64,000 nucleotides of DNA from Candidatus Methanofilum arcanum (GCA_031285085.1 JAITWW010000093.1:2851-66850); one strand, 5' to 3'; shown: positions 9,572 to 20,145, numbered from the stretch's first letter. Notes: generated by a model from the sequence alone, not told the origin. Numbers and translations: made by a program.

Positions 9572-10795
9572 CTACTCTACACGTGCCTTGAATTTCTCTT
9601 TGCTTCTCTCAAGCGCTGTAATAGCAGGAAGTTTTGTTCCTGAAAGGAACTTAGTGCATGCTCCTCCCCCTGTTGAGATGTGACTAAATGTATCTACGAG
9701 CCCAAGACGCTCTATTACCGCTGCGGTATGACCTCCACCAATAACTGAAAAAGGAACAAATGATGCGGCTTTTATGATCTCAGTTGTTCCAAGAGCATAG
9801 TCTGGATTTTCGAAAACCCCTGCTGGCCCATTTAATACAACAGTTCCTGAATTTCGAAACAGATCAAGACACAGAGGAAGAGCCTCGATTCCAATATCAA
9901 ATATTGGGCAGGCTGGAGGAACATGATCTACAGGATACTCAACTCGTTTTCCATTCTCTTGCACCGCAACGTGGGTTGGAACAACAATTTTGTCAGGATA
10001 TGTTTCCAGGATCTGCCTCGCAGATTCGATCTCTTTCTCGTATCCTAGTTTTTTGATGATATCTTTTGAAGCTTCTCCAATCTCGTGACCTTGTGCGATG
10101 AAAAAGAGGTTTGCCACAACTCCAATAAAGAGTACTTTTTCTGCAACACCACTTTTCAGGACATTCTCTGCAACTGCCAATGAATCATCTACCTTTGTTC
10201 CCCCAAGCACAAAGGTAACTGGGCGTGGTGCATCTGTGAATATGCGTGAGAGGTTTTGGATCTCACGTTCCATGAGCAGTCCTGCAGCTGAAGGAAGTAA
10301 CTCTGGGAGGCCTATAATGGTTGGCTGTGCCCTGTGTGCTGTTCCAAATGCATCGTTAATGTAGACATCTCCAAGCCCTGCTAACTTTCTAATAAAATAT
10401 GTATGTGCTGCACTTTCAGCTGACAATGTAAGATTTTCTTCGGCATTGAAGCGCACATTTTCAAGCATGAGTACATCACCGTCATGAGCATTTGAAACCG
10501 CCTCATACGCAGCAGATCCAATAATATCACTCACAAATGTCACTGGCCGTCGTAACAATTGTTCGAGCCGCGCAGCATGAAGTTCGAGTGATGTGAAATC
10601 CATTTTTCCAGGGCGTGATTGATGAGTGAGAAGAATACATACTGCTGATTCAAGGGCTTGTATCGTTTGTAGATGCTCACGGAATCGTTTGTCATCAAGA
10701 ATGATCCCAAGCTCTGGCTCTATTGGAGAGTTGAAGTCGACCCGCAGTAAAACCCGTTTGTTTTTCGTGGGAATCTCATTGAATGTAAGGAGCAT
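9572..10795 (-). CDS. pgk: phosphoglycerate kinase
   Basis: Motifs seen are LRVDFNSP, NDAFGTAHRAQ and ISTGGGA. The 407-aa length fits. Confidence 0.9.
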   Translation of the reverse strand: MLLTFNEIPTKNKRVLLRVDFNSPIEPELGIILDDKRFREHLQTIQALESAVCILLTHQSRPGKMDFTSLELHAARLEQLLRRPVTFVSDIIGSAAYEAVSNAHDGDVLMLENVRFNAEENLTLSAESAAHTYFIRKLAGLGDVYINDAFGTAHRAQPTIIGLPELLPSAAGLLMEREIQNLSRIFTDAPRPVTFVLGGTKVDDSLAVAENVLKSGVAEKVLFIGVVANLFFIAQGHEIGEASKDIIKKLGYEKEIESARQILETYPDKIVVPTHVAVQENGKRVEYPVDHVPPACPIFDIGIEALPLCLDLFRNSGTVVLNGPAGVFENPDYALGTTEIIKAASFVPFSVIGGGHTAAVIERLGLVDTFSHISTGGGACTKFLSGTKLPAITALERSKEKFKARVE

Positions 10796-10877
10796 ATCTA
10801 AATCTATATTAGCGATTTAGAAATATACTCGTTTTCATCTATTCTGAAGGTAGTAAAAAATAATGAAAAGTGTTTTT

Positions 10878-11588
10878 TTACGCTGTCGCTCGAAGCTCAG
10901 CGATACTCACGACAACATATGGGTATCCATAGTATAATATGACACCTTCATCTGTTATCTCTGTAATAGTTGCTGTTCGCAGATATGTTTGAGGAGTTGC
11001 ATCATCAAGTGCGATCTGAGGAGTTTCAGAGAATGCAATTGGCAGCTGATCACCAACTACCACGATATCTAAAATATCTCCGGCAATCTGTATGAACTGT
11101 TCATTATCCATAAATCGGACAAGATCTTGTGACATTGGAATCTCAACAGTCATTGCTGAGCCTACTTTTTGGTTAATAAGTGCAGAACTCATCTCATCAA
11201 GCTCAGGTCCGAACAGTCCAAACTTCATGAATCCAGAGGCAGTATATTGACTGAAAACTTCTATTGGAACAAGTTCTTTCTCTGACATTGCTCCTGCGAT
11301 TATTGGCATTCTTCCAGCAAAGAAAATAACATCACCATTTTCTATAGCCTTTTGGTAGATTGTCTGTGATGTAGTAACAACTGGACGCCCTAAGTCGTCA
11401 TAAAAAGTAAAATCAATTGATACTCCATCACCTTCTTTAATCTTGGTAAAGAAGTTAAGCCAGTTTGTTCCAAACGTTGAAAGAATCATACCTACTGCCA
11501 TCATTACACAAAATGCAATGATAGCAACCTGAGTCCAGTTTAGTGGTTGGGCCTTTTCTTCTTGGGCTTTACGCTTAAATCCCTTCAT
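10878..11588 (-). CDS. membrane-anchored protein, possibly FKBP-type peptidyl-prolyl isomerase
   Basis: I moved the start to the Met at 11588 (MKGFKRKAQ...). The longer ORF would overlap the tyrS upstream region. One TM helix is followed by GDGVSIDFTFYDDLGRPVVTTSQ and ...LINQKVGSAMTVEIP, which are weakly FKBP-like. Confidence 0.35.
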   Translation of the reverse strand: MKGFKRKAQEEKAQPLNWTQVAIIAFCVMMAVGMILSTFGTNWLNFFTKIKEGDGVSIDFTFYDDLGRPVVTTSQTIYQKAIENGDVIFFAGRMPIIAGAMSEKELVPIEVFSQYTASGFMKFGLFGPELDEMSSALINQKVGSAMTVEIPMSQDLVRFMDNEQFIQIAGDILDIVVVGDQLPIAFSETPQIALDDATPQTYLRTATITEITDEGVILYYGYPYVVVSIAELRATA

Positions 11589-11691
11589 CCATATATAGTT
11601 CTGCAGGACAGAATAAAAAGTGCATCCAGGTGTTGTCTTCAAATATGGTGTGTCGCGGGTTTTAAACACCTTGTCAAACAGACATATACAA

Positions 11692-12642
11692 ATGGATGCG
11701 TACACGCTAGCCGTCCGCAATACTGAAGAAATTGTCACCGACGAAGATCTCCGCTGTCTTATAGATAAACCGCAAAAAAAGGTGTACTGTGGATATGAAC
11801 CAAGTGGTGAGATTCATCTTGGCCACCTCACAACAATTAATAAACTCGTTGATCTCAAAAATGCTGGCTTTGAAATAATTGTACTTCTTGCAGATGTACA
11901 TGCTTTTTTGAATCGCAAGGGAACGATGGAAGAGATTCGTGCGCTTGCAGAGTATAATAAGCGGTGTTTTGAAGGTCTTGGACTGACAGATATCCAGTAT
12001 GTGCTTGGGACTGAGATCCAGCTCTCTCCTGAGTACCAACTTCTTGTTCACGAACTCGCTCAACAGGTTACGGTAAATCGTGCAAAACGAAGTATGGATG
12101 AGGTCGGCCGCCAGATGGATCACCCAACAGTATCACAGATGCTCTATCCGATTATGCAGATGGTAGATATTGCTATGCTTGGTGTTGATGCCGCAGTAGG
12201 AGGTATCGATCAGCGAAAAATCCATATGCTTGCTCGTGAGTATCTACCTGGAAAAGGATATCCATCTCCTGTTTGTATCCATCTCCCAATCATTAACGGC
12301 ATTGATGGGAAGAAGATGTCATCTTCTCTTGGGAATGATATCTCAGTTGCAGAAAGTGAAGAGAGTATCAGAAAAAAGATGAAAAAAGCGTTTTGTCCTC
12401 CAGAAGCAGAGGAAAATCCTGTGCTTCAAATTCTTCATTATCATATTTTCCCACGTGTTGAGACTGTGACCGTAGAACGTTCTGAGAAGTTTGGTGGAAA
12501 TGCTACTTTTTCCTCATATGAGGAGATAGAGATATCATATCTCCACGGCGATATTCATCCTGCAGATCTAAAAGAGACCGTGGCACGGTATCTGATTAAG
12601 ATATTAGCTCCGGTTCGAGAGTATCTTCTAGCCCATACGTAA
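11692..12642 (+). CDS. tyrS: tyrosyl-tRNA synthetase (archaeal type)
   Basis: The HIGH motif appears as EIHLGH and KMSKS as KKMSSS. The start is set at MDAYTLAVRN (11692) rather than the ORF-track start at 11620. Confidence 0.9.
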   Translation: MDAYTLAVRNTEEIVTDEDLRCLIDKPQKKVYCGYEPSGEIHLGHLTTINKLVDLKNAGFEIIVLLADVHAFLNRKGTMEEIRALAEYNKRCFEGLGLTDIQYVLGTEIQLSPEYQLLVHELAQQVTVNRAKRSMDEVGRQMDHPTVSQMLYPIMQMVDIAMLGVDAAVGGIDQRKIHMLAREYLPGKGYPSPVCIHLPIINGIDGKKMSSSLGNDISVAESEESIRKKMKKAFCPPEAEENPVLQILHYHIFPRVETVTVERSEKFGGNATFSSYEEIEISYLHGDIHPADLKETVARYLIKILAPVREYLLAHT

Positions 12643-12805
12643 ATTATGCATAAATACATATGTAACATACGTACATAACCATCATTAACAATATACAGGA
12701 GTATGCATTCTCAATGAAGAATGTGTTACCCAATTTTACCACAATGAACTCCATGAAAACATATTTATCTGTATTTGCCCGTTTATCTCGTGTAGGAGGT
12801 AGCTT

Positions 12806-13612
12806 TTGAGCATTGAGTCTCGTGAACACGGCTTCGATAAGCAGATCTCAGAGATGAGAATGAAAATCAAAGATCTTGACGCACGCAAGGTCAAGGATGA
12901 TGTCTTTGATGATGCAACATTGTTTGCCCTCTATAAGCTGGTGCAAAAGGGCTGGATCTCAAGCTTTGGTGGCCCCATATCTACCGGCAAGGAGTCAAAT
13001 GTCTATATGTGTGACTCTGATACAGGTTCCGTTGCCGTGAAGATCTATCTTACCCGTACTGCGAATTTTAATCAGATGCAAAAGTATATTATTGGAGATC
13101 GCAGATTTACCAATATTAAGAAGTCACGTCAAGATATTATCTTCGCTTGGACGAAGAAGGAATTTTCTAACTTAAGTCGTGCGAAAAAGGTTGGTCTGCC
13201 CGTTCCTTCACCGCTTGTATGGACTCGAAATATTTTGGTCATGGAACTTATTGCAGATTCTACTGGAGTTCCCTATCCACAACTCCGAAGTGCCTATATG
13301 GATGAACCACTGGCAGTGTATCAGGCAATTGTTGAGTATGTCAGAGTGCTTTATCAAGAGGCACATCTTGTGCACGGAGATCTGTCTGAGTTTAATATTC
13401 TCTATGGATCCAATCAACCATGGTTTATTGATATGGGACAGGCGGTAACCCCAGATCATCCAAAAGCGATTCCCCTTTTGCTTCGGGACATTGAAAATAT
13501 TAATCGTTATTTTGAACATACTTGTGATACATTCCCTGCTAAAGATTTGTTGGCAGAGATTACGGATCACCCCCTTGCCCACTTGGACGAACAAGTTATC
13601 AGAGAGCTGTAG
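12806..13612 (+). CDS. rio1: RIO-type serine/threonine protein kinase (Rio1-like)
   Basis: Motifs seen are GPISTGKESNVY, HGDLSEFNIL and IDMGQAV. It has no Rio2-type N-terminal wHTH. The track start is a TTG, and the internal ATG (MRMKIKD) is an alternative. Confidence 0.85.
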   Translation: MSIESREHGFDKQISEMRMKIKDLDARKVKDDVFDDATLFALYKLVQKGWISSFGGPISTGKESNVYMCDSDTGSVAVKIYLTRTANFNQMQKYIIGDRRFTNIKKSRQDIIFAWTKKEFSNLSRAKKVGLPVPSPLVWTRNILVMELIADSTGVPYPQLRSAYMDEPLAVYQAIVEYVRVLYQEAHLVHGDLSEFNILYGSNQPWFIDMGQAVTPDHPKAIPLLLRDIENINRYFEHTCDTFPAKDLLAEITDHPLAHLDEQVIREL

Positions 13613-13613
13613 C

Positions 13614-14153
13614 ATGCGACAGGAAACAAAGATTAATAAAGAGAGAATTGGTGTACTTATCGGAAAAGAAGGCTCTGTAAAGGCACAAATTGAGGAACAG
13701 ACACAAACGAAGATTACTGTTGACAGCAACGGTGGCCTCATTTTGGTTGAAGGTGAGGATGCAGATCTGTTCATTCGCGCTGTTGCTACAATTCAGGCTA
13801 TTTCTCGAGGTTTTTCACCAGAGCGTGCATTTGTGCTTTTGGAAGAGGATGATCTCTACATTGAGGTAATTGATATCAGTGATGCTGCATCTACCCCTGA
13901 TCAGATGGAACGGCTCCGTGGACGTATTATTGGAAGAAATGGTAGAGCCCGAGGACAAATTGAGGATATGACCCAGACTTCGATATCTGTGTATGGGAAG
14001 ACTGTATCCGTGATTGGGGATGTAGAGCAGATTCGGGTTGCATTAGATGCGATTGATATGCTTGTTTCAGGAGTTGAGCATGAGACCGTGTTTTCATTTC
14101 TCGAGAAGAAGAGACGTGAAGCAAAACAGAATATGATTAGTTATTATTATTAA
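13614..14153 (+). CDS. KH-domain RNA-binding protein (Dim2/Pno1-like)
   Basis: The ATG lies 1 nt after the rio1 stop. There are two KH-like segments (IGVLIGKEGSVKAQIEEQT, RGRIIGRNGRARGQIEDMT). The rio1-KH gene pair is a conserved archaeal arrangement. Confidence 0.75.
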   Translation: MRQETKINKERIGVLIGKEGSVKAQIEEQTQTKITVDSNGGLILVEGEDADLFIRAVATIQAISRGFSPERAFVLLEEDDLYIEVIDISDAASTPDQMERLRGRIIGRNGRARGQIEDMTQTSISVYGKTVSVIGDVEQIRVALDAIDMLVSGVEHETVFSFLEKKRREAKQNMISYYY

Positions 14154-14301
14154 AAAACAACAGAATCAACTGCGAGTTACAGTATTAATATGTTCATAAA
14201 AATAAATCATCTTATATTATTTAAATATAGAATGAATGACAAAATCAAATTTATTTTTATAAATAAAACTATATATAGTGAAAAATCTTTTTCTTTCTCC
14301 T

Positions 14302-15744
14302 TCATTTCTTGGTTATTTCTTCTTCTTTTCCCTCTGTTCTCTGTTCTGACCAACACTCTCTCCCAAAATCATCTTCATATCGTTCAATATCATCTTCCTC
14401 AAGATACTCTCCGATCTGAACTTCAATAACAACCAGAGGAATTTTTCCAGAGTTTGCAAGTCGATGGCGGATACCAGCGGGAACAAATGTGCTCTCCCCT
14501 GGCCGAAGCATGGTATGGGTATCATCTAAAATGACATCAGCCATGCCAGTGACTACGATCCAGTGCTCACTTCGGTGGTGATGCCGCTGCAGGGAGAGCT
14601 TATTTCCAGGATCAACGGTTATTTTTTTCATAAGATACCGCTTTCCTTTCTCCAGCAGATGATATGAGCCCCATGGTCGGTAGACCTTGCTATGAATAGC
14701 AATACGTGGATCCTTTCTTTCTGCAAGCTGTTTTACGATCTCACTGATCTTCTCACTTGAATTCATATTGCAGATCAAGAGGGCATCATCTGTATCCACA
14801 ACAATGGTATCATGTACATCAATGAGTACGACCTCTTTATCTCCGCTTTCTACAAAATTTCGTTTTGCATTTCTTGTTATATCTACGCCAACATTCTGAT
14901 CTTTATCTTTCTCTGCGATCTCGTACCATGATTTAAAAGTTCCAAGGTCCATCCAGGTTGAAGCAAGTGGAACCATTGCAATGTGAGATGAGTGTTCAAG
15001 CAGGCCAGTATCTATGGATATGGATGGAAGGGCAGGATAATCAATGCAACTTGGGTTTGAAAATATGTCAAATAACTCAGGTTGATGCTGCTTGAGTTCT
15101 GAAAAAAAAACTGAGAGACGGAACAGAAACATACCACTATTCCAGAAATATCCCTCATTGACATAGATCGTTGCAGTCTCAAGATCTGGTTTTTCTTTAA
15201 ATGCTGCAACACGAAATCCGGGTGGAAGCACGTCTCCTGGAGCGATGTATCCATATCCTGTATGAGGGGATGTTGGTGGCACACCAAAAATAACAATATC
15301 ATCATCACAGAGTTCTGTTGCCTTCATTATTTCCTCATTCACCGTATTATCCAGATAATGATCTGATGAAAACACAATCACACGTGGATTGTCTGTGCGA
15401 TGTTGAAGCTCTGATACAGCCCAGGTAATGGCGGGAAGAGTATTTCTGCCAACTGGCTCTGAAAGTATGTGTACCTGGTTATATTGTTCATCTATTTCTT
15501 TTATCTGCGTTCGTACCAGAAACTGATGCAACACATTTGTCACGACATAGATATCTTCAGGATTTGAAAGTGCGCGGGCACGGGTATATGTCTTTTGGAA
15601 GAGAGAGCGATCAGAAAATGTCAGAAACTGTTTTGGGTAATATGTCCTTGAAAGTGGCCAAAGTCTGGTTCCAACGCCTCCTGCAAGAATAACTGAGATG
15701 ATTGGGATCGTATCTGTACCTTGCTCATTATTTGTATAATCCAT
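14302..15744 (-). CDS. manC: bifunctional mannose-1-phosphate guanylyltransferase / mannose-6-phosphate isomerase (type II)
   Basis: The N-terminal nucleotidyltransferase motif is GGVGTRLWPLSR. The C-terminal cupin has RPWGSY...LQRHHHRSEHWIVVTG. Confidence 0.85.
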   Translation of the reverse strand: MDYTNNEQGTDTIPIISVILAGGVGTRLWPLSRTYYPKQFLTFSDRSLFQKTYTRARALSNPEDIYVVTNVLHQFLVRTQIKEIDEQYNQVHILSEPVGRNTLPAITWAVSELQHRTDNPRVIVFSSDHYLDNTVNEEIMKATELCDDDIVIFGVPPTSPHTGYGYIAPGDVLPPGFRVAAFKEKPDLETATIYVNEGYFWNSGMFLFRLSVFFSELKQHQPELFDIFSNPSCIDYPALPSISIDTGLLEHSSHIAMVPLASTWMDLGTFKSWYEIAEKDKDQNVGVDITRNAKRNFVESGDKEVVLIDVHDTIVVDTDDALLICNMNSSEKISEIVKQLAERKDPRIAIHSKVYRPWGSYHLLEKGKRYLMKKITVDPGNKLSLQRHHHRSEHWIVVTGMADVILDDTHTMLRPGESTFVPAGIRHRLANSGKIPLVVIEVQIGEYLEEDDIERYEDDFGRECWSEQRTEGKEEEITKK

Positions 15745-15829
15745 TTATTACACATCTGATTACTGGTATCATGAATATTTCGAACAAAGCACGGAAGTAT
15801 TCATATATTTTCGATAGTAATCTCTTACT

Positions 15830-17017
15830 ATGAACAAGATGTCAGGCACGGGGGCATTGATAGCCTGTACAGTGATGCTGTGCGTCTTTGTTCTCTGTTC
15901 AGGATGTACAGATCGTGATGATCAAGAGAGTGGTATTCAGATCCCTGGACCTTCTATTAATGAAATAGAACAAAATGCAATTGAACGGGCAAAATACCCA
16001 GTAATTGATGCTCTCGGTCGTACGGTGTTCATTCCAAATGAGATAGATTCTGTTATCTGTTCTGGTGCAGGTTGTTTGCGATATCTTGTATATCTCAATG
16101 CCACTGAGATGGTTGTTGGCATTGATATGTTTGAACAAAACACTCACCCAACCACGGCAGTTCCTTATCTGTTAGCGCATCCTGAGCTGCGTGCACTACC
16201 TGTATTTGGGGACTGGTATGGAGCAGACAACCCAACTGCGATTAAGGCAATGAATCCTCAGCCAAACATTATTTTTAAAATGGTTGATGATGATATCAGC
16301 CCTGCTCGTATTCAAATGTTGCAAGATTTAACTGGAATTCCTGTAATTTCCTTAAAATATGGGGATCTTACCACGCATAAAAATGACATGAACTATGCGC
16401 TCCGGGTGATGGGGTCGGTTCTAAACAAAACAGAACGTGCAGAAGAATTGATCTGGTTTATCGATCGCAGTACTGACATTTTGCATGATCGAGTATCTTT
16501 CATTACTCCAGCTGATAAAAAAACCGCATATGTTGGGGGTATATACAATAAAGGACCCCAGGGATTGTTTTCAACAGATCCAAATTATGAGCCATTTTTC
16601 CTGGCAGGCGCTGTTAGTGTCGATATTCCTGAACAAAGCAGCAACTGGTATTTCTCACATGATCTACTGCTCACACAAAATCCTGATGCAATGTTTATTG
16701 ATCTCTCTACTCTTTTGTTGAAGGACAATGCTGTTACAGAACTGCTGAGTGAGAGAAATGCGGACCTGTACTCCTCCGTGAATGGAAGGGTTTACGGTCT
16801 TCTTCCCTATGAATGGTACGAAACAGATTATGCATCTGAGCTTGCAAATGCATTTTTTATTGGAAAAGTGCTTTATCCCGAACGTTTTTCAGATATCAAT
16901 CAAGTAGAGATGACAGATTATATGTATACCGTGTTTTATGGGGTTCCATTGTTTGATAAAATGAATGTCTGGCTTGAAAAGCGGACATTTCAGAAAATTA
17001 TAAAAAATAGAAAATAA
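15830..17017 (+). CDS. lipoprotein-type periplasmic substrate-binding protein (iron-siderophore/cobalamin ABC class)
   Basis: The signal peptide ends in a lipobox-like LCSGC. The overall pattern is class III SBP (RVICSGAGCLRYLVYL-like segment). No permease or ATPase partner is adjacent. Confidence 0.65.
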   Translation: MNKMSGTGALIACTVMLCVFVLCSGCTDRDDQESGIQIPGPSINEIEQNAIERAKYPVIDALGRTVFIPNEIDSVICSGAGCLRYLVYLNATEMVVGIDMFEQNTHPTTAVPYLLAHPELRALPVFGDWYGADNPTAIKAMNPQPNIIFKMVDDDISPARIQMLQDLTGIPVISLKYGDLTTHKNDMNYALRVMGSVLNKTERAEELIWFIDRSTDILHDRVSFITPADKKTAYVGGIYNKGPQGLFSTDPNYEPFFLAGAVSVDIPEQSSNWYFSHDLLLTQNPDAMFIDLSTLLLKDNAVTELLSERNADLYSSVNGRVYGLLPYEWYETDYASELANAFFIGKVLYPERFSDINQVEMTDYMYTVFYGVPLFDKMNVWLEKRTFQKIIKNRK

Positions 17018-17021
17018 ATTT

Positions 17022-18626
17022 TTACTCTTCTGCCATTCGCTGCCGCTCTTCTTCACTGATCTCATCAAGGACTTCTGCTGTTGGTCCGATTTTTACGATC
17101 TTTCCAAATCGCATCAGTGCTGCCCGATCACATACATCACGCACAAACTCCATGTCATGTGACACAACAATAAATGTCTCTTCCATCTCTTCTCGTGCAT
17201 GCAAGATGGAATGTTTAACATCGACTTTTGTGATGGGATCCATCGTTCCAGTTGGTTCATCAAGTACCACAATAAGAGGCTCGCGGATGAGAACCTGAGC
17301 CAGCGCTACCCGGTGCTTTTCTCCCTCACTCAGAGTATCTGGATATCGACCTAAGATCTCTTTTCCCTTTTCATCACTAAATCCAGCCATCTTCAGTGTA
17401 ATTAAGACCTTTCTTTTGGCAAGCTCTTTTGGAAGATCGATGCCAATAGAATCTGTGAGGTTATCAAGGATCGTTCGATGTGGAAACAGATCATACTCCT
17501 GATGCAATAATGCGATATACTGTGTAGCTCTGCCTCGATTATCGAACCCTGGCTGTGCCATGTCTACCTTATCATCACCAATTGTCACATATAATTTTCC
17601 ACTTGTTGGCTCAAGCTCTCCTGCAATCATACGCGAAAGTGTTGTTTTTCCTGCTCCTGATGTTCCAATGATACCAAAAATCTCTCGTGATTGAATGGTA
17701 AAGGTGACCTTGTTCACTGCTTTTATCAAACCCCGATCAACAGAGACGTACTGCTTGAGGAGATCATGTGCCTCAACGATTATATTTCCAAGCTCTGGTT
17801 GTTCGAACTCTTCTTCATCAGAAAAACCCAGCATGAAGGCATCAATCACTGTTTTTGGATCTCCTTCTACTGCGATTTTTCCATTTTCGAGATAAATTGC
17901 CTTTTGTACGATATCTTGCAAGATCGCTGGAAAATGTGAGCTTACCACAAGAGTCATATTCTTCTCTTTTGTTGCAAGGTCAAGCATCTCATGTACCATT
18001 GATGCTGTTTTTGGATCTAGTGTGCCTGTTGGTTCATCTGCAAACAGACAGATCGGTTCACGAGCAAGCTGACGTGCAAGCACAACACGCTGTTTCTCTC
18101 CCCCTGAGAGATCTCGAGCAATATGCATCATCCGATGTGACAGGTTCACATCATCAATTAGATCAATTGCACGGCTTACTAGCTGTGAAGATGGGTAGTT
18201 TCGTTCTTCAAGAGCCCGAAGCACATTATCAATTACCCTATCATCTCCGTACAACCCAAAAGAACGTTGAAACATGATTGAGTTATATCGCATGATTCTG
18301 CGCTTCATTGCTTCGTTCTCAGGAGCCCAGAGATCAACATCCATGCGTTTTAATGGCTCACCACATTGCGGACACACTTTGTCTGCCATGCTTGGTGGGC
18401 CAATATGCTCACATGATGAACACGCAGAAATATGATACACAATACGCCCAGAAGTTGGTGGCTCATCGATCCCCCGCATGAGATGAAGTAGCACTGTTTT
18501 TCCTGCCCCACTTCTTCCAATAACCCCAAGAATCTCACCTTCGTGAAGTGTATAAGAGATATTGTCAAGGACTGTTTTTTGATCAAATCTTTTTGTTAGA
18601 TTCTCAATTGATATCAACGGGTACAT
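17022..18626 (-). CDS. atwA: methyl-coenzyme M reductase activation system component A2 (double ABC ATPase)
   Basis: It has two ABC cassettes (GRSGAGKT / LSGGEKQR; GTSGAGKT / LSEGEKHR). A Cys4 ribbon insert (CSSCEH...CPQCGE) sits in the first cassette. The 534-aa length fits. Confidence 0.8.
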   Translation of the reverse strand: MYPLISIENLTKRFDQKTVLDNISYTLHEGEILGVIGRSGAGKTVLLHLMRGIDEPPTSGRIVYHISACSSCEHIGPPSMADKVCPQCGEPLKRMDVDLWAPENEAMKRRIMRYNSIMFQRSFGLYGDDRVIDNVLRALEERNYPSSQLVSRAIDLIDDVNLSHRMMHIARDLSGGEKQRVVLARQLAREPICLFADEPTGTLDPKTASMVHEMLDLATKEKNMTLVVSSHFPAILQDIVQKAIYLENGKIAVEGDPKTVIDAFMLGFSDEEEFEQPELGNIIVEAHDLLKQYVSVDRGLIKAVNKVTFTIQSREIFGIIGTSGAGKTTLSRMIAGELEPTSGKLYVTIGDDKVDMAQPGFDNRGRATQYIALLHQEYDLFPHRTILDNLTDSIGIDLPKELAKRKVLITLKMAGFSDEKGKEILGRYPDTLSEGEKHRVALAQVLIREPLIVVLDEPTGTMDPITKVDVKHSILHAREEMEETFIVVSHDMEFVRDVCDRAALMRFGKIVKIGPTAEVLDEISEEERQRMAEE

Positions 18627-18701
18627 ATTCTGTTTATATTGTACACCATGGGAGTAATATGTCTTTTTTTATATCCCTTTGCGTGGGTTTGTTGTCATTG
18701 T

Positions 18702-18739
18702 GTTCCAATGTTCCAATATAGAATGTTTCAATATAGAAG
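18702..18739. promoter_or_regulatory. short tandem direct repeats upstream of atwA (possible operator or activator site)
   Basis: The repeats are GTTCCAAT / GTTCCAATATAGAAT / GTTTCAATATAGAAG in tandem, 76-113 nt upstream of the atwA ATG. They lie distal to an A/T-rich TATA-like stretch at about 18665-18675. Confidence 0.3.
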
Positions 18740-18929
18740 AGTGTTAACTAAAGGACTAAAGAGCAGTTTCAACTGCTTTAACAGTCTGGTAACCTGAGAA
18801 TACTATCGATGATACATAATCTGGGACCATTCCAACTTATACTCTCATCTTTCATAAGGGGAGGTACCGTTGAGTGAGCTCTTGCATTGGTTACTCCTTT
18901 GTATGATGATGCACGCATGTAATCATGAT

Positions 18930-19745
18930 TCATGATATATGAGGTAATACATGCTTTCGTACATCACAGATGTTTTCAATGCATACATCTGCAGCGTTGA
19001 GCAGATCTGCAATTGTGCATGGTCCTTGTTGTTGTGTCAAAATAGCTAAGTCTGCTTCTTTAAATGCACGAAGATCATTAATGCCATCCCCTACCATCAC
19101 CACTGTATCGTGCTCCTCTCGTAAAGAACGCACAATGTTTGCTTTTCTGGCTGGGGTTGCAACCCCATAGACATGGTTCAATGGAATCCCTAAGAATGTA
19201 GCAATCCGGCGTAACTTCTCTACTTGATCCCCTGATGCAATGTATACTGCAATATTGTGGCGCATAAGGGAGGCAATCATCTCTTTCACTCCAGTAAATG
19301 GCACTCCCCCCGTTGCAACCATGAACTCTATTCTGCGTAGATGTGTGTTCACGATACACCCACTATTTAGAGTCATAATGCTTCCTTCATCCCCACTGCT
19401 TTGAATTGCACGTATACATGCTATTGCATGTCCAACGGTAGTCTGTGTATCTTCATACATAATTGGTCGTACATCTTCTTTTGTGAGAGTACGGCGCGAA
19501 CACGCGATATCAAATGATATATTGTGTTCTGCCATAAATGGTGCAAAAGGAGTGAATGGAGGGGTATCCATCAGCGTATCAATCTGCATATACAATATGC
19601 ATAGCACACGATCTAAGTCTTCATAGGTTACAAGTGTTGTCTCAATATCTTCAAGTAGCGTATGAGTGCAGGTATTATATGCAACCCGAATGGTATGAAG
19701 AAGTGTTCCAGCACTATCAAAAACTACTGCGGTAGACATACTCAC
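18930..19745 (-). CDS. HAD-superfamily protein resembling the soluble catalytic core of P-type ATPases
   Basis: VVFDSAGTLL matches the DxxGT phosphorylation-site pattern. MVGDGINDLRAFKEADLAI matches the GDGxND hinge motif. There are no TM segments. Confidence 0.6.
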   Translation of the reverse strand: MSMSTAVVFDSAGTLLHTIRVAYNTCTHTLLEDIETTLVTYEDLDRVLCILYMQIDTLMDTPPFTPFAPFMAEHNISFDIACSRRTLTKEDVRPIMYEDTQTTVGHAIACIRAIQSSGDEGSIMTLNSGCIVNTHLRRIEFMVATGGVPFTGVKEMIASLMRHNIAVYIASGDQVEKLRRIATFLGIPLNHVYGVATPARKANIVRSLREEHDTVVMVGDGINDLRAFKEADLAILTQQQGPCTIADLLNAADVCIENICDVRKHVLPHIS

Positions 19746-20145
19746 TTACTTTATATCTTGTGCAAGTCAAAAAATATACCCTTTATTATTACTCCTACGT
19801 TTCATGGAAAGTTATGGGATGCTCTTTGATGAATGAAATCTGACCCGTTTTCAACTCTCTAATGACCTTTCACCGTGTGTTTTGTCGAGAGGTTAAGAGG
19901 TGAAGATGTTCATATTTCTTAATTTGAGATAGAAAAAGGCTTCTTTTCAGTATCTTATGAATTATTGATTCAACTGATTTCAATGATGAAACTGCAGAGC
20001 GTTTTAGCAGAGTAAGACGTAGACGTGAAAAATATCAAAAACCGCAAAAAATTCTTGAATAGAAGAGAGTATACCATAAATCTTTGGGAGTTCAGGTTTG
20101 AGAGAGAAAACAACTGCCTGGGCGATTGTATTTGTTGGGGAACAA

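Noticed and set aside
11589-11738. Long N-terminal extensions of the two divergent ORFs (10878-11738 minus strand and 11620-12642 plus strand) that overlap each other
   Set aside because: The extensions have an odd composition. Internal Met codons (11588 and 11692) give proteins that start where family homology starts, and they leave a normal divergent promoter region.
19975-20040. C/D-box sRNA candidate (AATGATGAA at about 19981-19989)
   Set aside because: There is no CTGA D box at the expected distance, and there is no terminal stem.
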